Assembly (NCBI GenBank): GCA_958296135.2
Contig: CATQHZ020000001.1
Coordinates: 4,256,001 to 4,320,000, forward strand
DNA: 64,000 bases
Direction of reading: 5' to 3'
Source of the DNA: an uncultured Poribacteria bacterium
GTDB lineage: Bacteria; Poribacteria; WGA-4E; WGA-3G
Shown here: positions 1 to 9,106 of the stretch, piece by piece
Numbering within the stretch: the first letter of the stretch is position 1
Layout: the number at the start of each line of letters is the position of its first letter
Notes under the pieces: generated by a model
The model's database searches: none
What the model was told of the DNA's origin: nothing
What the model saw: only the letters and a program-made list of their open reading frames with translations
Position numbers and translations under genes: made by a program

Positions 1-329
1 ATGCTTTGCCGCATCTGCTGCCGGTCGCCGGATGCCTGTAACTTCTTGAGCTCCGCGCCAAATTCATCACGGGCGTTCTGATAGACAGGGCGCGCCTTCA
101 GGAGCGTCTCATCGTCCACCTTCAGGATGAACGTCAAGTCTGTCCAAGAGTTATCAACGATGGAGGTGGGGTTCATCATTCCCCCCATCATGCCGCGTCC
201 GCCGCGTTCGCCGCGTTCACCGCGTTCGCTTCTCTCCGGCCGCTGTGCCGAAGTGGCGAAGTCAAAAACAAACATACCGACGATTGCGATGACAGCAATC
301 GCGCCAAGTGTCAACCATTTCTGCTTCAT
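1..329 (-). CDS. Secreted protein, possibly Spy/CpxP-like; 3' end runs off the window
   Basis: Manual translation MKQKWLTLGAIAVIAIVGMFVFDFATSAQRPERSERGERGERGGRGMMGG...; AGGAGAG RBS upstream; signal-peptide-like N-terminus. Confidence 0.7.
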   Translation of the reverse strand, partial: MKQKWLTLGAIAVIAIVGMFVFDFATSAQRPERSERGERGERGGRGMMGGMMNPTSIVDNSWTDLTFILKVDDETLLKARPVYQNARDEFGAELKKLQASGDRQQMRQS

Positions 330-597
330 TTTCTTCTCTCCTTACTTGTTATTATGAACGCCTGCCGAGTTGCAAAAGAACGGATGCCGAACAAACCCCG
401 TGGGCTCGCTTTTAACCGCGCCTACCGACCCGGCGTTTTCGGCATTTGCGTTCATCCTGTGCAAATGAACTTCCTCGCATAGGCGTTCCGATTTGGGTTT
501 CGTCTCTTTAGATAGATATGTTAGGAAAAGGTTCGTCTTTTTTTATTTAGACAGACTCGGCACGCCTACGGGAAATGGGGCGCGCAAACTAGAAAAA

Positions 598-626
598 TTG
601 ACATCCCATAATTTTTATAGTATAAT
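598..626 (+). promoter_or_regulatory. Sigma70-type promoter upstream of murB
   Basis: TTGACA-17 bp-TATAAT perfect consensus. Confidence 0.75.
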
Positions 627-795
627 TTTCCCCAAAATGCTAAAATTGTTTGTCACGCTTATGTCACGCCTACCACAGCTACAAGGAGATTGCTGTAAAA
701 ACCGCGCTTATATGACTTAGGAAAAGTGGATAGCACGTGAGACGTAATCTTGGAAATCCTGATTAACGTCTTAAAAGGAGGCAACAAACATCCAG

Positions 796-1716
796 ATGGA
801 AAACAGAACGGAAAATTGGAAAGACGCACTCGCACACATCCTCCAGAGTCCAAGTTCACGACTCCGATTGGCGGAACCGTTATCCAAACATACCCACTTC
901 GGCATCGGCGGCGAAGCAGATGCCTACTTTGAGGTGAGCACACTCGCAGAATTGGTAGCCCTAGCACGGTTTCATCGCCAGTGGCGTATCCCTGTCGCCG
1001 TCATCGGGCGCGGTTCCAATCTACTCGTGAGTGACGCAGGATTCAACGGCATCGGCATCCGCCTCATCGGCGCACTCGCGCAATTAACAGTTGATGGAAA
1101 CACCGTGTCAGTCGGCGCGGGCGTGTCGCTGCCGCGGCTCTCAAAAGCGATGTCACGCCGCGGGTTGAGCGGCGTTGAATTCGCCCTCGGCATCCCCGGC
1201 TCCGTCGGCGGCGCGCTCATTATGAACGCCGGCGCATGGGGCAGCAGCTTCGGCGACATCGTCACGAACGTCACCGTCATGCACGACACCGGCGAACTCA
1301 CCGAACTCTCTCACGCCCAAGCACGATTTGAATACCGGCACAGCGGATTAACCGAATATTTCTGTGTGACAGGCGCGACGCTCGCCCTTGAACCGGGGGA
1401 TGCTGAAACGATAACCGAACGGATGCAAGCCTTCTACAAACAAAAGGTCGCGACGCAACCCTTCGCCGAAGAGAATGCAGGGTGTATGTTCAAAAACCCA
1501 CCCGGCGATTCGGCGGGAAGACTGATCGACGCATGCGGATTGAAAGGCCACCGCATCGGCGGAGCGGAGGTATCAACGGTTCACGGGAATTTCATCCTCA
1601 ACAGTGACAACGCAACGGCGGCGGATGTGCTCAATCTCGTCGCGCACATCCAACAACAGGTAAAGGAAAAGACCGGTGTCTCCCTCCAAACCGAGGTGAA
1701 ACGGTTAGGTTTTTAG
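796..1716 (+). CDS. murB: UDP-N-acetylenolpyruvoylglucosamine reductase
   Basis: GxGSNLLVSD, GIPGSVGGALIMNAGA, AGCMFKNP, HGNFILN and EV motifs. Confidence 0.97.
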   Translation: MENRTENWKDALAHILQSPSSRLRLAEPLSKHTHFGIGGEADAYFEVSTLAELVALARFHRQWRIPVAVIGRGSNLLVSDAGFNGIGIRLIGALAQLTVDGNTVSVGAGVSLPRLSKAMSRRGLSGVEFALGIPGSVGGALIMNAGAWGSSFGDIVTNVTVMHDTGELTELSHAQARFEYRHSGLTEYFCVTGATLALEPGDAETITERMQAFYKQKVATQPFAEENAGCMFKNPPGDSAGRLIDACGLKGHRIGGAEVSTVHGNFILNSDNATAADVLNLVAHIQQQVKEKTGVSLQTEVKRLGF

Positions 1717-2127
1717 TATTGGCGCAAGGCGTTCGTTTAGCATCCCTATTTGAACGACGTTTGTCTTACGTCATCCGCATGCGCCGTTGTTGCATGCTGC
1801 GTTTCATGTTTTTCGTCCGTAGGCAGTGCTTTAGCAAAGCCAGTTGTCATCCCAGCCCCCCGTAGGAGAGACCTCCTGGTCTCGATGCCTTCTCCCTGTC
1901 TCGATGCTTTTCCCCGTAGGTTTTTAGTATTGGCGCAAGGCGTTCGTTTAGCATCCCTATTTGGACGACGTTTGGCTTACGTCATCCGCATGCGCCGTTG
2001 TTGCATGCTGCGTTTCATGTTTTTCGTCCGTAGGCAGTGCTTTAGCAAAGCCAGTTGTCATCCCAGCCCCCCGTAGGAGAGACCTCCTGGTCTCGATGCC
2101 TTCTCCCTGTCTCGATGCTTTTCCCCG
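1706..2127. repeat. 211-bp tandem duplication (2 copies) of the murB 3' end and downstream REP region
   Basis: Units begin TAGGTTTTTAGTATTGGCG at 1706 and 1917; about 2 substitutions seen between copies. Confidence 0.9.
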
Positions 2128-2202
2128 TAGGAGAAACCTCTGGTCTCGATGCTCCCTGTCTCGCCTGTCCCCGCTTGCATATCTGGGAAACATTAAAAAA
2201 AC

Positions 2203-2232
2203 TTGACATTAACCCAGCATTGCGTGTATAAT
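2203..2232 (+). promoter_or_regulatory. Sigma70-type promoter
   Basis: TTGACA-18 bp-TATAAT upstream of the 2325 ORF. Confidence 0.65.
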
Positions 2233-2324
2233 TATTTATTGTTCCTAAGTAGTGATTTGACTCAAGAACAGTTAACTTAACAGGCCTTTATGGTTCTGTT
2301 ACTAACTAACACGAGGTGTGAATT

Positions 2325-2996
2325 ATGAATAAAGAAGACCTTATTCTCCAAAAACTTGAGGAGATGGCGGCGCAGCAACAGGAGATGGCGGCGCAGCAAC
2401 AGGAGATGGTGGCGCAGCAACAGGCTCGGGATGCTGCGGAGGCTGCACGGATAGCAAACTTAGAGTCTGAGGTGAAGGAAACCCGCGCGGAGGTAACGGA
2501 AACCCGCGGCGAGGTAAAGGAAACCCAGGCGGAGGTAAAGGAAACTCGCGGCGAGGTAAAGGAAACTCGCGAGGAACTCCACGAAACCCGCAACGTAGTC
2601 ACGGAGACGCAGGCGGAGGTAAAGGAAACCCGCGACGTAGTCACGGAGACGCAGTACGAGGTGAAGACTGTCCAAAAAGACCTGGGAACTACCCACGATG
2701 CGTTGAACCAAACCCGCGGCGAGGTGAAGCGAAACCAGTCTAGCCTCCAGGCAGTCTTGGAAGACACCGGAAACATGAAGGTTAACGACGCGGAACTCAA
2801 GGGCGAGCTGCATGCACTAGATACCAAACTGACAGGCATGGTAGAGGCCTTGGAGCAACGAGTCAGTACCTTTATCGCTAACCTGCGCGAGCGGAAACTT
2901 GACACCGACGAACGCTGGAAAATCGGTGGACTTGTCGCCACCGCCTGCATCGCTGCCGCCTCTATGGTTCTCTCTCTTATCACCTTTTTCAAGTGA
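2325..2996 (+). CDS. Heptad-repeat coiled-coil protein with C-terminal membrane anchor
   Basis: Tandem EMAAQQQ and EVKET(R/Q)x heptads; hydrophobic C-terminus; GAGGTG RBS. Confidence 0.8.
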   Translation: MNKEDLILQKLEEMAAQQQEMAAQQQEMVAQQQARDAAEAARIANLESEVKETRAEVTETRGEVKETQAEVKETRGEVKETREELHETRNVVTETQAEVKETRDVVTETQYEVKTVQKDLGTTHDALNQTRGEVKRNQSSLQAVLEDTGNMKVNDAELKGELHALDTKLTGMVEALEQRVSTFIANLRERKLDTDERWKIGGLVATACIAAASMVLSLITFFK

Positions 2997-3020
2997 CCGG
3001 CACCGGCACGCGGTGCCATT

Positions 3021-3103
3021 AGGACGGACACCGAACCAACCCCGTAGGCGCGCTTAAAAAGCGCGCCTACCGAACGGGCGTTTTCGGAATTTGCGTCCGT
3101 CCT
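3021..3103. repeat. REP palindrome (GTAGGCGCGCTTAAAAAGCGCGCCTAC) inside AGGACGGAC...GTCCGTCCT inverted repeats; relatives near 378-460, 33288-33365 and 57335-57413
   Basis: Nested inverted repeats seen directly; intergenic between convergent genes. Confidence 0.75.
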
Positions 3104-3147
3104 GTTCATTAGCCGCTCTATCGGAATCGGTGCTTTTCCTTCGCTCG

Positions 3148-4335
3148 CTAGGGCCGGATAACCGTTCCATCTCTCCGGCGCACAGGAGCCCAGCCACCGT
3201 TGAGCGGATGTTCCGGGAACGGGAATCGCGCTGCGAGTGCCTCATCAAGATCCATGCCAAGCCCAGGGGCCTCTGTCGCCCAATAACAGCCATCGCGAAT
3301 TTCGGGGCAGCCGGGAAAGACTGCTTTCGTCTTTTCCCCGAAAACGTGCTGCTCCTGAATGCCAAAATTATAGCACGCTAAATCCAAAGCGACGTTCGCA
3401 GCATGTCCCACAGGCGACACATCCCCCGGGCCGTGCCACGCCGTGCGCACACCGAAAAACTCGCAGAACGCCGCCAACTTCCGTGCCGGACTGATGCCGC
3501 CTATTTGCGAAATATGCACGCGGATGAAATCGATGAGCCGGTCTTTGATAAGGTGGACGTATTCGTTCGGATTGTTGAACAACTCACCCATCGCAATCGG
3601 TGTGCTAGTCTGCTGACGCATCAGTTGAAAGTAGTCGACATCCTCTGGCGCAAACGGATCTTCAAGGAAAAAGAGGTGATACGGCTCCAATGCTTTCGCC
3701 AGATTAATCGCCTGAATCGGCGGAATTCGTTCGTGGACATCGTGGAGGAGCTCCACTTCGTCGCCTAACCGCTCACGCAAATGTGCGAACAACTTGATAA
3801 CGGTATTGACATAAGGTGTCGGTTCAAAGGCAGGCGTGCCGCCGCCAGCTGCACCGTAAGTGGCATAGCCGGGGATTGCCACCTGCGAGCGAACGTAGCG
3901 ATACCCCTGCGCCATATAACGCCGAATGTTCTCCTCAACTTCCTGGAAATCGCTACCCCCGGCGTGCGCATAGAGGGGAACTGCCTCCCGGCACTTCCCA
4001 CCGAGCAGTTGATAGACAGGCATCCCCGCGCGTTTGCCCATGATGTCCCACAACGCGATATCTACACCGCTGAGCGCGTTGTTTAACACAGGGCCATTGC
4101 GCCAATAGGAACTGACAAAGCTGGTCTGGAAGATATCCTCGATGTTACTCGGGTCTTTCCCGATTAGGAACGGTTTGAGGTATTCATCAACAGCGGTTGC
4201 GACAGCGAGCGGACGTTGCGTAAACGTCGCGCACCCGAGCCCGTATAACCCCGGTTCACTTGTCTCAACTTTGACAACCACGAGGCGGATGCCATCGGGT
4301 GCCGTCAAAATGGTTTTCACGTTCGTGATTTTCAA
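3148..4335 (-). CDS. Enolase-superfamily sugar-acid dehydratase (ManD/RspA subgroup)
   Basis: YWRNGP, LLHDVHER, FLEDP, MGELF and AWHGPGD motifs. Confidence 0.9.
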   Translation of the reverse strand: MKITNVKTILTAPDGIRLVVVKVETSEPGLYGLGCATFTQRPLAVATAVDEYLKPFLIGKDPSNIEDIFQTSFVSSYWRNGPVLNNALSGVDIALWDIMGKRAGMPVYQLLGGKCREAVPLYAHAGGSDFQEVEENIRRYMAQGYRYVRSQVAIPGYATYGAAGGGTPAFEPTPYVNTVIKLFAHLRERLGDEVELLHDVHERIPPIQAINLAKALEPYHLFFLEDPFAPEDVDYFQLMRQQTSTPIAMGELFNNPNEYVHLIKDRLIDFIRVHISQIGGISPARKLAAFCEFFGVRTAWHGPGDVSPVGHAANVALDLACYNFGIQEQHVFGEKTKAVFPGCPEIRDGCYWATEAPGLGMDLDEALAARFPFPEHPLNGGWAPVRRRDGTVIRP

Positions 4336-4375
4336 AATAGCTATTCTCCTGAAGTGTAGCGAACCTAATTTGCGG

Positions 4376-5323
4376 CTATGAGGTAAGCAGCTCCGCCGCT
4401 TCTCTCAGCCTCTCGGGGAAACCAAACGGAAACGCTTGGGGTGCTAAGATGAGTGCCGCTTTTCCCAAGGGGGTTATCTCACAAAAGCCATCGTCGGTTG
4501 ACGTTACCAGTTTGCACCTTTCTAACCGAGTCATTTGCCGGCCGCAGTTTTTGCGCCACGGTATCGCGCCGCTGGGATAGACATCCGTTCTGAGGCGGGT
4601 CACAAGCGTATCTATCACAACCTGCTTGGGCACACTCGCCCTGTCAGCGATATGCTGCAGTAGCACACGCTCCATTTCACCCCGGGGCAATTGAAACGTA
4701 TCCAAGAAAGCAGCGTCAATCGCCGCGGGTGGATCGTGCAGAACTTCCCGTCCAAGGGCTGTGATTTGGTAAACCCCGGCTTCGGTGTTATCAATGAAAT
4801 CCACACCGATGAGAGCCTTGCGGGCATCTCCCCAACGTCGGTTCCACCTGAGCCCACAACTCGGCAAGGTAGCGCGTTGTTGCGCCGGCGTAATTGCAAA
4901 GCGCGCCGTTACCGCTGCGCGCAACGCAAGGTAGTGATAGCTCTCCCCATCTGCAACATGCAGAAGGAGCACAGGAAGAATTGCATCAACACTAGGCAGC
5001 TTAAACTGCCGCCAAAAAGCGGAATTGATTGCCGCCGGCGGTCGGCTTAAAACATAAAGCCCGCGTTCGGTGATGTGATAAGTCCCATACCTCTTTGACG
5101 GGGTGAACGCCACTAACCCTTCCTCATGGAGCGTGTGCAAAATTGTCAATAGGCGCGCGCCAAACTTATTCACACCGTTCGGCTTTAATGCATTCTTATC
5201 GGCATCTGTTAGCGAAAAGTGCTGCGTTAATCCACTTTTCACTTCAGACTGGAGATATTCTCGCCCATCAGCAATGTGTTGAAGGAGCGGAAGTCTCATT
5301 TCTCGACAACTAGGTATGGCCAT
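4376..5323 (-). CDS. Protein with three tandem Mrr N-terminal winged-helix-like repeats and no nuclease domain
   Basis: Starts MAIPS..MRLPLLQHIADG, like Mrr; LL.H.AD...Y.IT..G repeated three times; GAGGAG RBS. Confidence 0.75.
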   Translation of the reverse strand: MAIPSCREMRLPLLQHIADGREYLQSEVKSGLTQHFSLTDADKNALKPNGVNKFGARLLTILHTLHEEGLVAFTPSKRYGTYHITERGLYVLSRPPAAINSAFWRQFKLPSVDAILPVLLLHVADGESYHYLALRAAVTARFAITPAQQRATLPSCGLRWNRRWGDARKALIGVDFIDNTEAGVYQITALGREVLHDPPAAIDAAFLDTFQLPRGEMERVLLQHIADRASVPKQVVIDTLVTRLRTDVYPSGAIPWRKNCGRQMTRLERCKLVTSTDDGFCEITPLGKAALILAPQAFPFGFPERLREAAELLTS

Positions 5324-5502
5324 TTTGCATAGTCTCCTCGTCCATAAGGACATTTTTTACAGTCTACCAACTCGGACGTGACATGTCAAACGAAACCGAA
5401 AGTGAAAAATAATTTGATTTTCCGCGAGATATGCTGTATAATTGCTTAAACGCATCGATACAAACGTTCTTAACAAAAAACATAAACTCGGAGGTATGCC
5501 TC

Positions 5503-6198
5503 ATGTTTTTCGGTTTTTTCGACCCGCTCTATTTCGTCTTCCTCGCGCCAGGGCTCGCCTTATCCCTATATGCGACATTCAAAACGAAGCGGACGTTCTC
5601 AAAATACTCGCAAGTTGGCTCGCGAAGCGGCATGACCGGGGCGCAAGCCGCCGCACTCATGCTACAACGAAACGGCATCCACGGAGTCAGCATTGAACGC
5701 ACAAGCGGATGGCTGAGCGACCACTACGACCCGGGCCCCAAAGCCCTCCGTTTGTCGGAAGATGTCTATTCAAGTCAGTCGTTATCCGCAATAGGTGTCG
5801 CCTGCCACGAAGCGGGACACGCAATTCAGGACAAGAGCAACTACGGTATGCTGAGCCTCCGCACCGCCCTCGTCCCCGCGACAAACTTCAGCTCAATGGC
5901 ATCTTATATCCTCATCATGATAGGCTTTTTCATCCAACCTTTTTTGTTGCTAGGCGTAGGGTTGTTTGCAGTCGGTGTGGTGTTTTCGCTGATAACGCTC
6001 CCCGTCGAATGGGATGCCAGCAAACGCGCCAAAATCGCCATGGATGAGGCAGGACTGCTCTCACCCACAGAAAGTCGAGATGCCGGCAAAGTGCTGAACG
6101 CTGCCTTCTTAACCTATCTGGCGGCCGCCGTGACGAGTCTGCTCACCTTGGTCTATTATCTGTTCCGGCTCGGCATCTTGGGCGGTGGCGATGAATAA
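5503..6198 (+). CDS. Membrane zinc metallopeptidase (YugP/Zn_peptidase_2 family)
   Basis: LSDHYDP, HEAGH, TLPVEWDAS and AAFLTY motifs. Confidence 0.92.
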   Translation: MFFGFFDPLYFVFLAPGLALSLYATFKTKRTFSKYSQVGSRSGMTGAQAAALMLQRNGIHGVSIERTSGWLSDHYDPGPKALRLSEDVYSSQSLSAIGVACHEAGHAIQDKSNYGMLSLRTALVPATNFSSMASYILIMIGFFIQPFLLLGVGLFAVGVVFSLITLPVEWDASKRAKIAMDEAGLLSPTESRDAGKVLNAAFLTYLAAAVTSLLTLVYYLFRLGILGGGDE

Positions 6199-6275
6199 CG
6201 TTCGCTTTTCTTAAACGCCCAGTGGCCCATAGGGCGGGGGCCTGTCCCCCGCCCTACGTTCTTGACATGCAACGA

Positions 6276-6704
6276 TTACGCGCGACTCTGAAGAGCCACC
6301 CCGGGCCACTGATTATCCTGCTCGGTAATGTCGACGACGATGCCATCCGGGTCTTCAACTTTGAAGGCTTGGGAGGGAAGTTCGCCGGGGTTTGCATCGT
6401 AAGGCTTGCTGCCATCTAAGCCTTCCCACGTAATCTGGAAGCCGAGTTCCTCGCACCGTTGCGCCGCTTCCTTCAAATCCGGAACACGGACACCAATGTG
6501 CAGATAGTCCAACATCCCGCCGACGTGCCCGGGACGCGCCGGGCCACGGTGTTGGAAAACGCGGAAATTGTGATAACCATCGGTGAGGTCATAGCACCCG
6601 TTCATCGTTGAGAAAACGCGTAAACCGAGTGCATCGCGCCAGAAACGGATGCTTTTTTCCAGATCCGTCGTGCGCACGCCAATGTGGACAAGTGTTGTAG
6701 ACAT
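6276..6704 (-). CDS. VOC/glyoxalase family protein
   Basis: HIGVRTTDLEKSIRFW, HIGVRV and EDPDG motifs. Confidence 0.88.
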   Translation of the reverse strand: MSTTLVHIGVRTTDLEKSIRFWRDALGLRVFSTMNGCYDLTDGYHNFRVFQHRGPARPGHVGGMLDYLHIGVRVPDLKEAAQRCEELGFQITWEGLDGSKPYDANPGELPSQAFKVEDPDGIVVDITEQDNQWPGVALQSRA

Positions 6705-6764
6705 GAAAATGCCTCCTATAAACATAGCTGTCCTAACGGACAGTGATTCGGAATGACCGGTTCG

Positions 6765-7541
6765 TTAAACCCAGACGGTAGGTTCGCGACCAGCGGCGCG
6801 GTGTTCATAAAGCAGCTTGACATCATCGGGCAGCTTATCAAACACTTCGCCGGGAATAGTTGCAGTATTGACACCGAAGAGCTCCAAATTCAGCCACCAC
6901 GGCGCGTATCGAACAACGACCGCGGTGCGTTTGCCAGCACTCGGATTCTCGGCGTTGGAATGCCAAATCCGGCTATCCATGATAAGCACACTACCGGCAC
7001 TCCCGGTAGCTTGCAATTCGCCGGACAGCGGGTTTCTGTCGCCGATACCGTCTTCTTTGCCGCGCGGGTTACGAAGATCGACATGCGTCTTCGGGACTAC
7101 CCACGTGCCGCCGTTCTCTGCCGTAAACTCGGAGAGCATCCACAGCGTGGTAATACCGATGACAGCATTCGGGAACGGCTGCCCGATGTGCCATTTCTGG
7201 TTCAAGTCATACGGGAAATCGGAGTGATACGCGCGCACCAATTCATAGTGCGGCGGCCGAATCTTATACTCCGTTTGTGAGATGCGGACTTGCGGCCCCA
7301 ATAATTCGCGGATAACCGCGAGGAGCCGTTCATTTGCCAAATGCGCCGCAAAGCGCGGCATAAAACTGACAACGTTGCGCTCCCAGCGGCCGTGCTCTTT
7401 CGAGAAGTCGTTGTAGTCCGCCTCCGAGGTCTCAACCTCTTCGCGAACCGCATCCACCACATCGGCAGGGATGACGTTCTCCACGACGCACCAACCTTCT
7501 TCACGTAGTTGCGTCACATAAGGTTTAATTGTTTCTGCCAT
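6765..7541 (-). CDS. Phytanoyl-CoA dioxygenase (PhyH) family protein
   Basis: HSD motif, ENGGTWVVPKTH, GSVLIMDSRIWH. Confidence 0.9.
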   Translation of the reverse strand: MAETIKPYVTQLREEGWCVVENVIPADVVDAVREEVETSEADYNDFSKEHGRWERNVVSFMPRFAAHLANERLLAVIRELLGPQVRISQTEYKIRPPHYELVRAYHSDFPYDLNQKWHIGQPFPNAVIGITTLWMLSEFTAENGGTWVVPKTHVDLRNPRGKEDGIGDRNPLSGELQATGSAGSVLIMDSRIWHSNAENPSAGKRTAVVVRYAPWWLNLELFGVNTATIPGEVFDKLPDDVKLLYEHRAAGREPTVWV

Positions 7542-7630
7542 AGTAGCCTCCTTTGGGAAGAGAAGTTGCACGATGGCTTGATGATACTATTTCGCGTTAA
7601 AAATTGCAAGCGAAAAACCGCCCCTTGGAG

Positions 7631-7852
7631 CGTAGCGCGAGGGCCGTTACGGTCACGTCTACAGTAAACGTGCGTGTGTCGCCCCGCGTAAACACGGTCA
7701 CGTCTACAGTAAACGTGCGTGTGTCGCCTCGCGAAAGCACGGTCACGTCTACAGAAAATGTGCGTGTGTCGCCCCGCGTAAACACGCTACCTTACTTACT
7801 TTAACTTTGTCATCTCTGCAGCCTCGCTGCAGAGATGTCCACTGTCCCTCGC
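7631..7852. mobile_element. REP interrupted by a hairpin insert carrying 3 x 45-bp tandem units
   Basis: CGTAGCGCGAGGGC|insert|CTGTCCCTCGC; insert contains the CATCTCTGCAGC-CTC-GCTGCAGAGATG hairpin. Confidence 0.75.
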
Positions 7853-7869
7853 AATCCTGGGGTGACAGG

Positions 7870-8250
7870 TTACGCGCCCTCGCGGTTATAGCGAATCGCC
7901 TGTTTAATCAGCGGCGTAAGCCGCATGATTTTGCCAAGCGAACCGCTAACGCCGATTTCACGCTGGGTAATCGCTGCCATCACATTAAGTTCGCCCATCC
8001 AGAATCGGTGCGCGACATTGCCTGTCATCGTCAGTTCGACATCGGGAATCGCATCGCAGGGCCCGCAGACGATGGCGTATGCCCCATCCGCGGCGGTTAA
8101 CGTCATCGTAGCGTCCGGCTCGGTGTAGTGAAACCGCACGCACAGCCGCAAGGATTTCAGTGCCTCTTGGACTTCCGGTTCTGTGGCGATGCGTTCAAAC
8201 AGCCCGCCGATTTCGGTATAGAGTTGTTGGGGGTTTTCAAATCGCGTCAT
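7870..8250 (-). CDS. SCP2 sterol-binding domain protein
   Basis: PDVELTM..., FWMGELNVMAAI..REIGVSG pattern typical of the SCP2 fold. Confidence 0.75.
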   Translation of the reverse strand: MTRFENPQQLYTEIGGLFERIATEPEVQEALKSLRLCVRFHYTEPDATMTLTAADGAYAIVCGPCDAIPDVELTMTGNVAHRFWMGELNVMAAITQREIGVSGSLGKIMRLTPLIKQAIRYNREGA

Positions 8251-8289
8251 GGTGTGCAGTATAACATACGATGCACCCAAGGTCAAGAA

Positions 8290-8862
8290 ATGAGTTTAAA
8301 ACAACCAGACGAATTTGTAGAGAATGCGCAGCTAGCTGGCAAATTTCCAGCACCGGCGGTTTTGCGCAATGCGCGTGGCATTCCGAGTTTCTGCTTTAAT
8401 TCTCCTATCGGGTGGCTCCAGGTCATCGGTGAAGGAGCCAGCGTTTCGCGGCTTGACTTTGACGGCATCCCGCCGCGCAGTATCCCCGAAATTCCGAATG
8501 TCCCGATTTTAAGGGTTGTGTTTGATATCCTCACGCGCTATTTTGCCGGAGAAAAAGTCGATTTTTATCACGTGCCGCTCACGCTCATCGGCGGAACCGA
8601 GTTTCAGATAGCCGTCTGGCACACTATCCGGGAGATTCCCTACGGTGAAACGCGCTCCTACAAATGGCTCGCCGAACAGATTGGCAGGCCGAAAGCGGTG
8701 CGTGCCGTAGGCGGCGCAGTCGGCGCGAATCCCATTTCCATCATCATCCCGTGTCACCGAGTCATCGGCAGCAACGGCAGATTGGGCGGGTATGGCGGCG
8801 GCATCAAACGGAAACGCCAATTGTTGGAACTCGAAGGGTATCCGGTTGAAACGTTGAAGTAG
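8290..8862 (+). CDS. ogt: Methylated-DNA--protein-cysteine methyltransferase
   Basis: IPYGETRSY, RAVG and IPCHRV active-site motif. Confidence 0.95.
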   Translation: MSLKQPDEFVENAQLAGKFPAPAVLRNARGIPSFCFNSPIGWLQVIGEGASVSRLDFDGIPPRSIPEIPNVPILRVVFDILTRYFAGEKVDFYHVPLTLIGGTEFQIAVWHTIREIPYGETRSYKWLAEQIGRPKAVRAVGGAVGANPISIIIPCHRVIGSNGRLGGYGGGIKRKRQLLELEGYPVETLK

Positions 8863-9025
8863 GAGAGCCCTCCCGGTCTCGATGCCTGGTTGTAGGAGAG
8901 ACCTCCTGGTCTCGATGCCTGCCTCCCGGTCTCGATGCCTGCCTCCCGCGTCTCGATGCCTTGTCAATTTCGGGACCAGGGGAACCCTCCTACTGGTGAG
9001 AATAGGCGCGCCCTCCCGGTCTTGA
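8858..9025. repeat. REP cluster (GTAGGAGAGACCTCCTGGTCTCGATGCC family)
   Basis: Several tandem copies; same family at 1861-2150, 62811-62838 and 63531-63608. Confidence 0.8.
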
Positions 9026-9106
9026 TATTCTTGACTTTACTGGAAGGCACCACCGATAGCTCTATCAACCACGATGTCTATGAATAGGATACCCTCAAGG
9101 AGAAAA

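Noticed and set aside
2306-3109. Long antisense ORF (similar ones at 25976-26821, 27194-28021, 40448-42352 and 60288-61070)
   Set aside because: These are shadow frames opposite well-supported genes, as expected at this GC content.
7648-7786. 45-bp repeats as a CRISPR array
   Set aside because: Units are contiguous with no unique spacers, and there are no cas genes in the window.
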